Positions 18,073 through 28,256 of a stretch of 56,651 bases of DNA are shown one piece after another. This DNA is from Actinomycetota bacterium. GTDB lineage: Bacteria > Actinomycetota > Humimicrobiia > Humimicrobiales > Humimicrobiaceae. A model generated the notes under the pieces. It saw only the letters and a program-made list of their open reading frames with translations. It did no database searches and was not told where the DNA came from. The stretch covers positions 1-56,651 of the forward strand of contig JAYEJA010000064.1 in NCBI GenBank assembly GCA_034660395.1, written 5' to 3'. The translations under genes and the position numbers were made by a program. Position 1 is the stretch's first letter, and each line of letters begins with the position of its first letter.

Positions 18073-19902
18073 ATGAACGATAGCAACTCCGAAAAATCTA
18101 AATTAATTTCAAACAGATACAGGATAATCAAAAAAATAGCTTCCGGCGGAATGGCCGATGTTTTTTTAGGAGATGACCTGAAATCAGGCAGGAAAGTAGC
18201 ATTAAAAATACTATCATCCAGCTATGCAAGCGATAAGAATTTCGTAGCAAGATTCAAGAGTGAGGCACAAATACTTGCCAGATTAAACCACCCCAATATT
18301 GTAAAGGTGTATGACTGGGGAAAATTCAACGGCTTTTATTTTATCTGCATAGAATATGTCAGAGGTGAAAGCCTCAAAGAAATAATTGAAAGAAAAGGCC
18401 CGCTGCCGCCCGAAACCTCTACCAGCTATGCAATACAGATTTCAAGCGCCCTGCTTATGGCTCATAAAAATAACCTGATACACCGTGACATTAAGCCGGA
18501 AAATATATTGATAACTCCCGAAGGTAAGGTAAAAGTTACGGATTTTGGAATAGCAAAATCCCTTATTACCGATGTAACAAAGACATTAAATATACTTGGA
18601 ACTGCCCAGTATATTTCACCGGAACAGGCCAAAGGCGAAGTACTGGATCACAGGACAGATATTTATTCGCTTGGCATAGTAATGTATGAAATGCTTACCG
18701 CGGATGTCCCCTTCAGGGGAGGCAGCTCAATAGATATCAGTTTAAAGCATATAAATGAAAAGCCCCTGAAACCCTCTGAGCTAATAGAGAATATACCGGA
18801 AAAACTTGAAAAAATAGTAATGCACTGCCTGGAAAAAGACCCTGAAGCCCGTTATGCATCTCTAAGTGAGTTAATCAGTGACCTTAAGACATATAAAACA
18901 GTAAGGCCCTTAAGCTTCGGTATTAAAGCTAAAAGCCCTGCAAGAACAGGCGGTTTCAAGATAAAAATGAAATCACCTTTCCCTGTTATCTTTATAGGTG
19001 CCTTCATGCTTATATTTTTAGCTTCATCTATAACCTACACCTATAAATATTACAGTTTACTGAATTCTCCTATTTCACTTATAACCATACCGCCAATTGA
19101 GAACATATCCGCAGATAAGGCAGATGAAATAGTATCTGTGTATGGGCTAAATCTTAAAATAGGAAACGAAGTTTTTAACTCCGAAATTCCGGAGGGTTAC
19201 ATAATTGAGCAAAATCCATCTCCCGGTGAAAAAACAGCGCCCGGCAGTGATATTGAAATTGTTTTAAGCAGAGGTCCGGAAGAAACATCTTTTAATGTTC
19301 CCAACCTTATCGGGCTTACTCTTGAAGAAGCGCAGGATTTGCTCGCAAGCTGCGGACTTGAAACAGGTAATCTTACAAGACAGTATTCAGAAACTTTTAA
19401 GGAAGACCTTATAATAAGGCAGGACCCGGCTTCCGGCGAAAATGCCGGAGAAATAGAATCCGTTAACTTTACTCTGAGCAGGGGTGAGGAATTTATTCTT
19501 ATTCCCAATATTATCGGAGAGAACTATATTGAAGCTTCAAATTATCTTATATCCCTGGGTCTTAATATACAGAGCAGCAAATATCCAATAAATGAAGGCG
19601 ATAATATAAAAGAGCCCGGAAAGATTGTAAAAGTAGTTCCATCTCCGGGTACCGAAGTTGAAGCAAACAGCATTGTTAAACTGTTAATCTCCACAAACGA
19701 ATCGTTAATAGAAGTCCCGGACCTTGGACAGCTCGGTATGGAACAGGCAACGGACCTTCTAAAATCCATCAACATGAATTATGTAATAAGCTATGTCCAG
19801 ACTGATTATTCAGTTAAGCTTAATACTGTCCTGGAACAGATTCCCGAGTCAGGTACCTACATATCACCTGATTCAAGTATTATCCTATTTATAGGCAGCT
19901 GA
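18073..19902 (+). CDS. pknB: PASTA-domain Ser/Thr protein kinase (PknB/PrkC)
   Basis: GGMADV, ALK, HRDIKPEN, DFGIA, YISPEQ, a TM helix and about four PASTA repeats. Confidence 0.93.
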   Translation: MNDSNSEKSKLISNRYRIIKKIASGGMADVFLGDDLKSGRKVALKILSSSYASDKNFVARFKSEAQILARLNHPNIVKVYDWGKFNGFYFICIEYVRGESLKEIIERKGPLPPETSTSYAIQISSALLMAHKNNLIHRDIKPENILITPEGKVKVTDFGIAKSLITDVTKTLNILGTAQYISPEQAKGEVLDHRTDIYSLGIVMYEMLTADVPFRGGSSIDISLKHINEKPLKPSELIENIPEKLEKIVMHCLEKDPEARYASLSELISDLKTYKTVRPLSFGIKAKSPARTGGFKIKMKSPFPVIFIGAFMLIFLASSITYTYKYYSLLNSPISLITIPPIENISADKADEIVSVYGLNLKIGNEVFNSEIPEGYIIEQNPSPGEKTAPGSDIEIVLSRGPEETSFNVPNLIGLTLEEAQDLLASCGLETGNLTRQYSETFKEDLIIRQDPASGENAGEIESVNFTLSRGEEFILIPNIIGENYIEASNYLISLGLNIQSSKYPINEGDNIKEPGKIVKVVPSPGTEVEANSIVKLLISTNESLIEVPDLGQLGMEQATDLLKSINMNYVISYVQTDYSVKLNTVLEQIPESGTYISPDSSIILFIGS

Positions 19903-19934
19903 GCAGGTAAGGTTAAATTGGAAATTTAATCTTT

Positions 19935-20909
19935 TTACTTAGAATTAAAAAACCCCATTGATTCGAACTTTCCTGCCCTGTCTGATTTTAGCTGCTCGCC
20001 CGGCAGCCTGCTGTATAACGTCAGGGCATTAATAATATATTTTTTTACTATTTTTATCATTCTTTCCGGCGCATTCTGCGCACCGCCGAATGGCTCTGAG
20101 ATAATTCTGTCTATAACTTTCAGTTTTTTAAGAATTTTTGACGTCAGCCTCAGCTCTCTTGCAGCCAATTTCGTACCGGAAGAGTTCTTCCATAAAATAG
20201 CAGCACAGCCCTCCGGCGATATAACCGAATATGTAGAATTTTCAAGCATCGCAACTTCATTTCCAATAGCAAGCGCAAGCGCCCCTCCGCTTCCTCCTTC
20301 GCCAATAAGAATTGCAATAACCGGGACCCTTACTTCAAACATCACCGAAATGCTTTTTGCAATTGCACCGGCCTGCCCATTATCCTCTGCTTCAATAGCA
20401 GGATATGCTCCCGGGGTATCTATAAACGTTATTATTGGAAATCCAAACCTATCAGCCAGTTTTATAATCCGCTGCGACTTTCTGTATCCCTGCGGTATAC
20501 TCATGCCAAAGTTGTATTCCATTCGCTCTTTTATATCCTTACCTTTATTATGACCCACTACAGCCACTGTCCTGCCGTTAATTTTTCCCAGTCCGGCTAT
20601 GATTGATCTATCCTCTCCGCTAAGTCTATCACCAGACAGGTCAATAAAATCTTTAAATATACCGTCTACATAATCCCTGCACTGCGGCCGCTTATCATTT
20701 CTGGATAGTTCAACAATCTTCCAGACTCTCTTAGCTTCCCTTTCAACCCTTTTATAGCTCTCAACCTTTTGTGTCAGCTCTTTCTCCGCATCCTTAAAAT
20801 GTATACCGCTGAAGAAAGGAATTTTCTTTAACTTTTCAAGTCTGGAAAGCGCCTGTAAAATTTCCTTTAGATAATTCTTCGGTATTCCTTTTAGCTCTTT
20901 TAAATCCAT
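19935..20909 (-). CDS. accA: Acetyl-CoA carboxylase carboxyltransferase alpha subunit
   Basis: NFGM..PQGYRK, DTPGAYP, GEGGSGGAL, YSVISPEGCA. The N-terminus is divergent. Confidence 0.93.
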   Translation of the reverse strand: MDLKELKGIPKNYLKEILQALSRLEKLKKIPFFSGIHFKDAEKELTQKVESYKRVEREAKRVWKIVELSRNDKRPQCRDYVDGIFKDFIDLSGDRLSGEDRSIIAGLGKINGRTVAVVGHNKGKDIKERMEYNFGMSIPQGYRKSQRIIKLADRFGFPIITFIDTPGAYPAIEAEDNGQAGAIAKSISVMFEVRVPVIAILIGEGGSGGALALAIGNEVAMLENSTYSVISPEGCAAILWKNSSGTKLAARELRLTSKILKKLKVIDRIISEPFGGAQNAPERMIKIVKKYIINALTLYSRLPGEQLKSDRAGKFESMGFFNSK

Positions 20910-20937
20910 AATATAACTTCGTTTATTACATAAAATT

Positions 20938-21729
20938 TTACCTGAATAATCTTAAAATATTGCCCAGGGTATCTTTCAAATCACTTCTATTTACAATCAT
21001 ATCCACCTGTCCATTTTTCAAGTTTCTCTCCGATGAACCAAAATCATCAGGCAGGCTTTTCTTAATTGTCTGTTTTATAACCCTGGGCCCTGCAAAACAA
21101 AAAAGGGAATTTGGTTCCGCTATTATTATATCTGCAATAGTGGCAAAACTTGCGCTTACGCCTCCTGAAGTAGGGTTTGTTATTACAGAAATATAAGGAT
21201 TCTTATTCTCCTTAACTCTATTAATACTGGATACCGTTTTTGCCATCTGCATAAGCGATATTACACCCTCCTGCATTCTTGCACCGCCCGATGTGCAAAA
21301 TATTATAAGGGGAATATCTTTTTTAATACTATGGTTTGCCAGGATTTTGATTTTCTCGCCTATCACGCTGCCCATACTTCCCCCCATAAATCTGAAATCC
21401 ATAATGCCGATTGCTACAGCATTCTCCTCTATTTTTGCCTCACCGGCTATAATTCCTTCATCCATACCAGTTTTTAGCCTGGCTTCCTTAAGTCTCGTGC
21501 CGTATGACTTAACATCATAAAAGCCCAGAAAATCTTCCGAGTTTATATTTTTTCCCAGCTCTGTAAAACTATTATCATCCACGGTAATCTGTAATCTGTC
21601 CCTGGCACTTATACGGTGATGATAATTACAATAAGGACAGACCCTTAAATTTAACATAAAAATCTCGCCATCGATATCCTTACTGCAATTTTCACATTTA
21701 TATTTTTTTACCATTTTGTCCTGCTGCAT
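20938..21729 (-). CDS. accD: Acetyl-CoA carboxylase carboxyltransferase beta subunit
   Basis: CENC...CPYC zinc finger, FMGGSMG, SGGARMQEG, FAGPRVI. Confidence 0.95.
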   Translation of the reverse strand: MQQDKMVKKYKCENCSKDIDGEIFMLNLRVCPYCNYHHRISARDRLQITVDDNSFTELGKNINSEDFLGFYDVKSYGTRLKEARLKTGMDEGIIAGEAKIEENAVAIGIMDFRFMGGSMGSVIGEKIKILANHSIKKDIPLIIFCTSGGARMQEGVISLMQMAKTVSSINRVKENKNPYISVITNPTSGGVSASFATIADIIIAEPNSLFCFAGPRVIKQTIKKSLPDDFGSSERNLKNGQVDMIVNRSDLKDTLGNILRLFR

Positions 21730-21749
21730 TTTAAAAAAATCTTCTTCTT

Positions 21750-23003
21750 CTATATGTATTTTTTGAAACCTAAAGATACATTATGTCCCCCGAAACCCAT
21801 CGAATTGGAAAGAGCGAAATTTATCTCCCTATTCCGGCATATTTTAGCAGTGTAATTTAAGTCGCAGCCCTCATCAGGATAATCAAGATTAATAGTCGGG
21901 GGCACAATATCATTTTTTACAGCCAGTACAGTCGAAACAGCTTCAATTGCCCCTGAAGCTCCCAGGCAATGCCCTGTCATTGACTTGGTTGAGCACACGT
22001 TTATATCATACGCGTAATCTCCAAAACACCTCTTAATTGCCGTTGTTTCAATAGTATCGTTTAAAGGCGTCGATGTTCCATGAGCATTTATATGTTCAAT
22101 TTCTTCAAGTTCAATGCCGCCTTCATCAAGACAATTTTTCATGCACCTTGCTACGTTTACACCTGATTCTTCAAGCGCAGTTATATGGTAGGCCTCCCCG
22201 GATAGCCCATATCCGAAAATTTCCGCATATATTTTTGCACCTCTTTCCATAGCAGACTTCAGCTCCTCCAGTATAAGGATACCGCATCCCTCACCCATTA
22301 CAAAACCATCTCTGTCTCTGTCAAAAGGCCTTGATGCCTTTTCAGGTTCATCATTCCTTGTAGAAAGGGCCTGCATGTTGGAAAAACCGGCCATACCCAT
22401 AGGGGTTACAGCAGCTTCACTTCCTCCTGCAATCATAATCTCTGCATCTCCCCTTTTAATAATCTCAAAGGCATCCCCGATTGCATTTGAACCTGCCGCA
22501 CATGCAGTAGTGGTTGTACTTACCGGACCTCTGGCGCCGCTCATTATTGAAACCTGCGTAGCGGCCATATTGCTTATCATCATGGGAATTAGAAACGGGC
22601 TTACTTTATCGGCTCCTTTGCTCATAAGTCTTTCATGCTGCTTCTCCAGTGTCAAAAGGCCTCCCACACCGCTTCCTATATAAACGCCGGTTCTTTCTCC
22701 CCTAACGAAATTTATTTTAAGATTGCTATCCTTTATGGCATCCGATGCTGCTGCTGCTGCGAACTGGGAAAATCTATCCATCCTTCTTGCCTGTTTGAAA
22801 TCCATATATTCTGTCGGCTCAAAACCTTCAACTTGAGCTGCAATCTTTGAGGCTATCTTCTCAGTGTCAAAGCGTTCTATCCTGCTAACGCCTGATTTTC
22901 CCGAAATCAAATTATTCCAGAATTCGCCAACCTCAAGCCCCAGCGGAGATATAATACCCAGTCCTGTTATTACCACTCTTCTCCTTTTGTTTTCTGTCTT
23001 CAC
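21750..23003 (-). CDS. fabF: Beta-ketoacyl-ACP synthase II
   Basis: RVVITGLG, TACAAG, NAHGTST, KSMTGH, GFGGHN. Start placed at GTG after SD AAAGGG. Confidence 0.95.
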   Translation of the reverse strand: MKTENKRRRVVITGLGIISPLGLEVGEFWNNLISGKSGVSRIERFDTEKIASKIAAQVEGFEPTEYMDFKQARRMDRFSQFAAAAASDAIKDSNLKINFVRGERTGVYIGSGVGGLLTLEKQHERLMSKGADKVSPFLIPMMISNMAATQVSIMSGARGPVSTTTTACAAGSNAIGDAFEIIKRGDAEIMIAGGSEAAVTPMGMAGFSNMQALSTRNDEPEKASRPFDRDRDGFVMGEGCGILILEELKSAMERGAKIYAEIFGYGLSGEAYHITALEESGVNVARCMKNCLDEGGIELEEIEHINAHGTSTPLNDTIETTAIKRCFGDYAYDINVCSTKSMTGHCLGASGAIEAVSTVLAVKNDIVPPTINLDYPDEGCDLNYTAKICRNREINFALSNSMGFGGHNVSLGFKKYI

Positions 23004-23091
23004 TAACAACCCTTTCATTTCCAGATTTTATTATTTTTTAAAAAGCATACTTAATGATATTTTAAAATTTTTTAAATAAATTTGTGCAAAA

Positions 23092-23838
23092 TCAAATTCC
23101 CATACCGCCATCAAGATTTATTACCGTTCCTGTTATATAATCTGAATCATCGCCTGCAAGAAAAACAGCTGCTTTTGCAACATCATCCACACTGCCCAGT
23201 TTCCTTAACGGAATCTGCTGCATAAGCTTTTCTTTTATATCATCACTTAATTTTCCTGTCATCTCAGTTTCTATGTAACCGGGAGCAATTGCATTCGCCA
23301 TGATATTTCTCCCGGCAAGTTCCCTTGCCAGCGTCTTCGTCAGCCCTATTATCCCTGCCTTTGATGCCGAGTAATTACTCTGGCCTGCATTTCCATGAAC
23401 ACCTACTATTGAAGATATATTTATTATTTTACCGCTCCTGTTTCTTATCATATGTCTTACTGCATATTTGGAACAGATGAACGCACCGGTAAGATTTATA
23501 TCAATTACTTTTTTCCAGTCTTCAAGGCTCATCCTTAAAATTAAATTATCCCTGGTAATTCCGGCATTATTAACCAGGATATTTATCTTCCCCTTCCGGT
23601 CGATAATTTCCTCAACAGCTTTTTTTACACTCTTCTCATCCGTTATATCCACCTTTAAAAACTCTGCTTTATCTTCACCATAAGCTTCCTTAAATTCACC
23701 CGCAGTCTTTTTTCCTTCTTCACTATTAACATCAAAAATATATACTGAAGCACCTTCCTTTAAAAAGGTATTGGAAATTTTTTTCCCGATGCCCCCGGCT
23801 CCCCCTGTTACAATGGCATTCCTACCTTCAAGCTTCAT
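23092..23838 (-). CDS. fabG: 3-oxoacyl-ACP reductase
   Basis: TGGAGGIG, NNAGITRD, YSASK. Confidence 0.95.
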   Translation of the reverse strand: MKLEGRNAIVTGGAGGIGKKISNTFLKEGASVYIFDVNSEEGKKTAGEFKEAYGEDKAEFLKVDITDEKSVKKAVEEIIDRKGKINILVNNAGITRDNLILRMSLEDWKKVIDINLTGAFICSKYAVRHMIRNRSGKIINISSIVGVHGNAGQSNYSASKAGIIGLTKTLARELAGRNIMANAIAPGYIETEMTGKLSDDIKEKLMQQIPLRKLGSVDDVAKAAVFLAGDDSDYITGTVINLDGGMGI

Positions 23839-24832
23839 TTATCATTCCTTCCTTTTTTAATTTTTCACCTAACTCTTCTATATTCTCTATCTTATCTGTA
23901 TTGAGCAAAACGACTTCCCTTTTATTCTCCCTGGCAATTCTATTCACCAGCCCCGATAATACTTTCCCCGGTCCTACTTCTATAAATATCCCTGCTCCTT
24001 CCTCCAGCAGATATCCTATGCTGTCAACCCACCTTATAGGGTTTACAAGCTGACCGGTTAACGTCCCGGCTATATCATTACTGTTTCTATAAGCTGCTTC
24101 GGTCGTAGAAAAAAATGGTAAACCCATTTTTTTAAATTTAACATTACCATTAATAAATTTTCCCAGCTTATCTGAAACCTTCTCCATAAGCGGGCAGTGT
24201 GAAGCAATGCCTACTTTAAGAGGAATTATCCTTTTTGCTCCCTTTTCTTTTAACCTTTCTATTGCATCTTTCACCGCATCTTCATATCCGCTTACAACTA
24301 TCTGAGTATAATCATTATAATTAGCAATAAAAACCCTGTCTCTCGAACTTTTTACTACATCCTCTACTCCTCTTTCATTCATTCCCAGAACAGCGGCCAT
24401 CATTCCATTCTGGCTGCGATTCTCGTCATCCATAATAAGACTGCGGTATTTAACCAGCTCCGCTCCCTTTTTAAAATCATAAGCACCTGCACTGTACAGT
24501 GCGCTGTATTCTCCGAGACTATGTCCCGTAACAGTACCGATACAATTTTTATTTATGGAAAGAACATTAAATAGATAATCATTAAGCGCACAGCTTAAAG
24601 TATAAATTGATATCTGGCTGAATCGGGTTTCATCCAGCAGGTTTTTCTTAGAATTGCCGCCAATTATTTCCAGCAAATCTTTGTCCGTAATTTTACTTGC
24701 AATCTCAAAGTACCTTCTATAATCGCTGTTCGCCTCTAAAAAACCTATCCCCATATTCCTGTATTGCGAACCCTGCCCGGGGAACATAAATACAATCCGT
24801 TTTGAAACTTTAGAAATTTTATCTTCAAACAC
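23828..24832 (-). CDS. fabD: Malonyl-CoA:ACP transacylase
   Basis: FPGQGSQ, GHSLGEY, EVGPGKVL. Confidence 0.95.
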   Translation of the reverse strand: MFEDKISKVSKRIVFMFPGQGSQYRNMGIGFLEANSDYRRYFEIASKITDKDLLEIIGGNSKKNLLDETRFSQISIYTLSCALNDYLFNVLSINKNCIGTVTGHSLGEYSALYSAGAYDFKKGAELVKYRSLIMDDENRSQNGMMAAVLGMNERGVEDVVKSSRDRVFIANYNDYTQIVVSGYEDAVKDAIERLKEKGAKRIIPLKVGIASHCPLMEKVSDKLGKFINGNVKFKKMGLPFFSTTEAAYRNSNDIAGTLTGQLVNPIRWVDSIGYLLEEGAGIFIEVGPGKVLSGLVNRIARENKREVVLLNTDKIENIEELGEKLKKEGMINEA

Positions 24833-24859
24833 CAGTCAAATAACCTTCCCGGCCAATAT

Positions 24860-25288
24860 CTAGCTAAAAGCAAACATTATCTCCGTAACACACGCCGTTT
24901 CATCCCCGACAGTTGCTCTGCCCTTTGCCCTGCCGATACTTCTCTTAATATTTTCCAGTTCTGCTTCCACTACCAATTCATCTCCCGGCTTAACAATTCT
25001 TTTAAACCTGGCTTTATTTATTCCTGCAAAAAGAACCAGCTTGCCTTTATTCTCGGGCATCATCAGCGCCAGTACCGCTCCTGCCTGGGCAATAGTTTCT
25101 ACTATAAGCACACCGGGCATAATTGGATTGGAAGGAAAATGACCCTTAAAATAATATTCATCCACGCTCACATATTTAACCGCCTTGATTCTCCTGCCCG
25201 GTTCAATTTCAATAACCTTATCGATTAATAAAAAAGGAAATCTGTGAGGAATTATGCGCTCAATATCTTTTTTATCCATTTCTTTCAT
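24860..25288 (-). CDS. fabZ: 3-hydroxyacyl-ACP dehydratase
   Basis: IPHRFPFLLID, GHFP..PIMPGVLIVE. Confidence 0.95.
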   Translation of the reverse strand: MKEMDKKDIERIIPHRFPFLLIDKVIEIEPGRRIKAVKYVSVDEYYFKGHFPSNPIMPGVLIVETIAQAGAVLALMMPENKGKLVLFAGINKARFKRIVKPGDELVVEAELENIKRSIGRAKGRATVGDETACVTEIMFAFS

Positions 25289-25493
25289 AATCAATCTCTT
25301 TAATAAAAAATTTTTTTACCTATAGCTAAAATTTTATATTTCTCTTCCAGCTTTTTAGATAGACGCAGCTATATTTTTATAGTTTCATATAAGGGAATAT
25401 CACCAACCGGGATAGCCGATTTTCCAAAAAACCGAACAAATTAATTTTTTAATCATTTATTTTTAATTCTTTTTTATGTAACATGTAAAATAA

Positions 25494-25724
25494 TATTTTT
25501 ACCTATTAAATAAGGAATATGTATTTAAAGAAGTAAGCTGGACCCTTACCCTTGTAATGTCTATCATCTTTGGCCAGCTAGGCGTTGACAGGTTTATAAT
25601 GGGCCATGTAGGACTCGCGATTTTAAAACTTTTAACTTTTGGAGGTTTCGGAGTCTGGTGGCTCATTGATGTAATTTTAATTGCTACAAAACATAATTTT
25701 GATAATATAAAATGGGTTGACTGA
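25494..25724 (+). CDS. Small TM2-domain membrane protein (not in ORF track; start uncertain, first ATG at 25557)
   Basis: Manual translation WTLTLVMSIIFGQLGVDRFIMGHVGLAILKLLTFGGFGVWWLIDVILIATK matches the TM2 signature (LGxDRF...KLLT.GG.G.WW.ID). Confidence 0.8.
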   Translation, partial: YFYLLNKEYVFKEVSWTLTLVMSIIFGQLGVDRFIMGHVGLAILKLLTFGGFGVWWLIDVILIATKHNFDNIKWVD

Positions 25725-25747
25725 CTTTTATAAAATAAACAGGGTAA

Positions 25748-26407
25748 ATGAAAAAATTTAGTGTATCCAGGTATAAAGAACTTCTGAAAACAAAAATAAT
25801 TGGCAGAGATATAATTCACCTCAAGGAAGTAGATTCAACCAATAATTATGCCTTATATTTTATTAAAAAAAAGAAAATAAAAAAAAGCTATAATGGAACT
25901 GTAATCATTGCAGAAACACAGAAAAGGGGAAGAGGGCGGCAGGAAAGACTGTGGGTATCTCCTCCCGGAGGATTATGGTTTACTATTATGCTTGAAGCCG
26001 GTTTAGAAGAAAAAAAATTGCCGGAAATTACTTTAATTGCCGCCTACTCCGCCGCTTCTGTCTTAAATAAGAAATTCGGCATCAGAGCAAACATAAAATG
26101 GCCCAATGACATATACTATTGCAGCTCAAAGCTTGGCGGTATTTTAACCGAAGCAGAACGAATAAAAAGCAGTATTTTTTTAATAGTCGGAATGGGAATC
26201 AATGTAAACAACAGTATAAAGCCCATCTCATCCCTTGGTACAAACCCAACATCTACCAGAATAATACTTGGAAAAGAAATAGAAAGAGAAAACCTGCTGT
26301 CAAATATACTGTATGAGTTTGAAAACCAATATGACTATTACTTAAAGACGGAGGATTTTAATTCAACTTTTGACCAGATTAAAAAAATCCTAAATTACGA
26401 TCTGTAA
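25748..26407 (+). CDS. birA: Biotin--protein ligase (catalytic domain only)
   Basis: DSTN, GRGR...W.SP.GGL, KWPND, KLGGIL. No N-terminal HTH. Confidence 0.92.
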   Translation: MKKFSVSRYKELLKTKIIGRDIIHLKEVDSTNNYALYFIKKKKIKKSYNGTVIIAETQKRGRGRQERLWVSPPGGLWFTIMLEAGLEEKKLPEITLIAAYSAASVLNKKFGIRANIKWPNDIYYCSSKLGGILTEAERIKSSIFLIVGMGINVNNSIKPISSLGTNPTSTRIILGKEIERENLLSNILYEFENQYDYYLKTEDFNSTFDQIKKILNYDL

Positions 26408-26409
26408 AA

Positions 26410-27672
26410 TCACCTTACTACTTTAAAGGCCTTTTTATTCATTAACATCCTTTTTTCAGCGGTATTTATAACCATATTTATATCCTGATGCATTTTACTT
26501 TTAACCGCCCTGCCTATCGAAATACTAACCGGCAAACCCGGTTTGGATGCATTTTTGCACTTCTTATATATCCTATTTATAATATTATCTGCAGTTTTGG
26601 CTTCGGTAATAGGAAGAATTATAATAAACTCATCTCCGCCCCATCTTACAACTACATCCTCGCTCCTGAAACTGCTCTTTAATATATCTGCAACTTTACG
26701 GAGCAGCTGGTCACCCCTATCATAACCGTAATTGTCATTCATTTCCTTTAACCTGTTAACATCACAGAATATAATGGTTATGGGCAGCTGCCTCTGGGTA
26801 TTCAGTCTTTTCAATTCTTCCTCGAAATAGGCCCTGTTATATAAGCTGGTCAATTTATCATGGAAAGATAGATACCATATTTTTTCTTCTGCCTTCTTCT
26901 GTTCGGTTACATTCCTGAAGGACCAGACTCTACCCATAATCATGTTATCTCTTTTTAAAGGACATGAAGTTCGTTCAAATATTCTGTCATCTCTGAAATT
27001 AAGCATATCAATACATTCAATCTCAGACCTGTTAAGCTCCTTGATTTTTCTTTTAAAACCTTCGGGATCTGACATCTGAACTGCCATGAACTTAACAACT
27101 TCCTTATCAGACTCAAGGTCTACAAGTTTCTCGGGTATATTCCATAGCTCCAGGAACTTATTGTTATAAAGGAGAATCTCCCCCTTCTTATCGGTAGCAT
27201 ATATACCATCTGCGGTCGAATGCAGGACAGCCTCAATTTTTGTCCTGCCTTCTTTGATTTCCTGCTCCGCTTTTTTACTGTCCGTTATATCTCTGGTGAT
27301 ACCAAAGGTTCCCACTATTTCACCATCTTTATTTTCCAGGGGCATTTTTGTAGAAGACGCCCATTTTACTCCTTCTTCTTCCCATGTCTCTTTCTCTTCA
27401 ATATTTATAATGGGCTTACCGCTTTTTATTATATTTTGCTCATCTTCAAATGCCTGCTGCGCATGTTCCTTTGAAAAAATATCAAAATCAGTCTTTCCAA
27501 CTGCCTCTTTGGGGCTATTTATCTTGAATTTTTTTGCACAGGATTTATTTATCCTGATAAATCTGCTTTGTAAGTCCTTGAAATATATGCTGTCAGTAAT
27601 GTGGTCCATAAGAGCATTCATCATTTCTTTTTCCGTTATATGCTCCTTTATATTTTTCTTACCTTTAGCCAT
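26410..27672 (-). CDS. PAS-PAS-GGDEF diguanylate cyclase
   Basis: Two PAS domains, DKLTSLYNR, RSED I-site, RWGGDEF. Start moved to MAKGKK (SD CAGGTG). Confidence 0.9.
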   Translation of the reverse strand: MAKGKKNIKEHITEKEMMNALMDHITDSIYFKDLQSRFIRINKSCAKKFKINSPKEAVGKTDFDIFSKEHAQQAFEDEQNIIKSGKPIINIEEKETWEEEGVKWASSTKMPLENKDGEIVGTFGITRDITDSKKAEQEIKEGRTKIEAVLHSTADGIYATDKKGEILLYNNKFLELWNIPEKLVDLESDKEVVKFMAVQMSDPEGFKRKIKELNRSEIECIDMLNFRDDRIFERTSCPLKRDNMIMGRVWSFRNVTEQKKAEEKIWYLSFHDKLTSLYNRAYFEEELKRLNTQRQLPITIIFCDVNRLKEMNDNYGYDRGDQLLRKVADILKSSFRSEDVVVRWGGDEFIIILPITEAKTADNIINRIYKKCKNASKPGLPVSISIGRAVKSKMHQDINMVINTAEKRMLMNKKAFKVVR

Positions 27673-27926
27673 ATTATTTACACCTGGCCAGTAGATAAAT
27701 ATTTTGCATACTTTTAGTAGTATATTATAAAATAATATATTCCTAAACACAATTATAGCTAAAAACCTTCATATTTCATGTTATTTTTTCCAGAAAGCAG
27801 CCATAAACTTACATATTTTGAAAATATTGCCTTAAGTTTTATAATTGCAATTATTCTAATAATAGTTTTTAATATTATATAGAAGCATTATTATAATTAT
27901 TTATATTAATATTAATTTTAAACAAA

Positions 27927-28214
27927 ATGACTATAAAAGTACCAAAAGAAAAGGTATACGTTAAAATAAAAACAAGGACTGCAATCATCCTGGGCCATAT
28001 ATACATAATGACAGGGGGCAGGATTATTGATTACATTAATTTCCAGAACAATAAATTCATACCGGTAACGGAAGCCGAGGTATTCCCCTATAAAGACAAG
28101 ACCAGGTCTAACCCCGAAATAAGCGGTAAAAATGAACTCGTTATTCTTAATGTGGAAGATATTGAAATGTTAACTTCCGCGGATGAAGACCACAAAGAAG
28201 ATGTAGATAATTAA
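27927..28214 (+). CDS. Small hypothetical protein (DUF6812-like)
   Basis: Pattern 'V.IKT....I.GHIY....GRIIDYIN....FIPVT.A' recalled for this family; not verified by search. Confidence 0.6.
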   Translation: MTIKVPKEKVYVKIKTRTAIILGHIYIMTGGRIIDYINFQNNKFIPVTEAEVFPYKDKTRSNPEISGKNELVILNVEDIEMLTSADEDHKEDVDN

Positions 28215-28256
28215 CCTATCATAAGATTTTTTAAATTCTTTCCAGAGATATTTTTA

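Noticed and set aside
25295-25490. Possible riboswitch or leader upstream of fabZ
   Set aside because: No recognisable aptamer consensus or terminator/antiterminator pair by eye; an Rfam scan would be needed.
25499-25819. 106-aa minus-strand ORF
   Set aside because: It is the antisense shadow of the TM2 gene and the birA start on the + strand.
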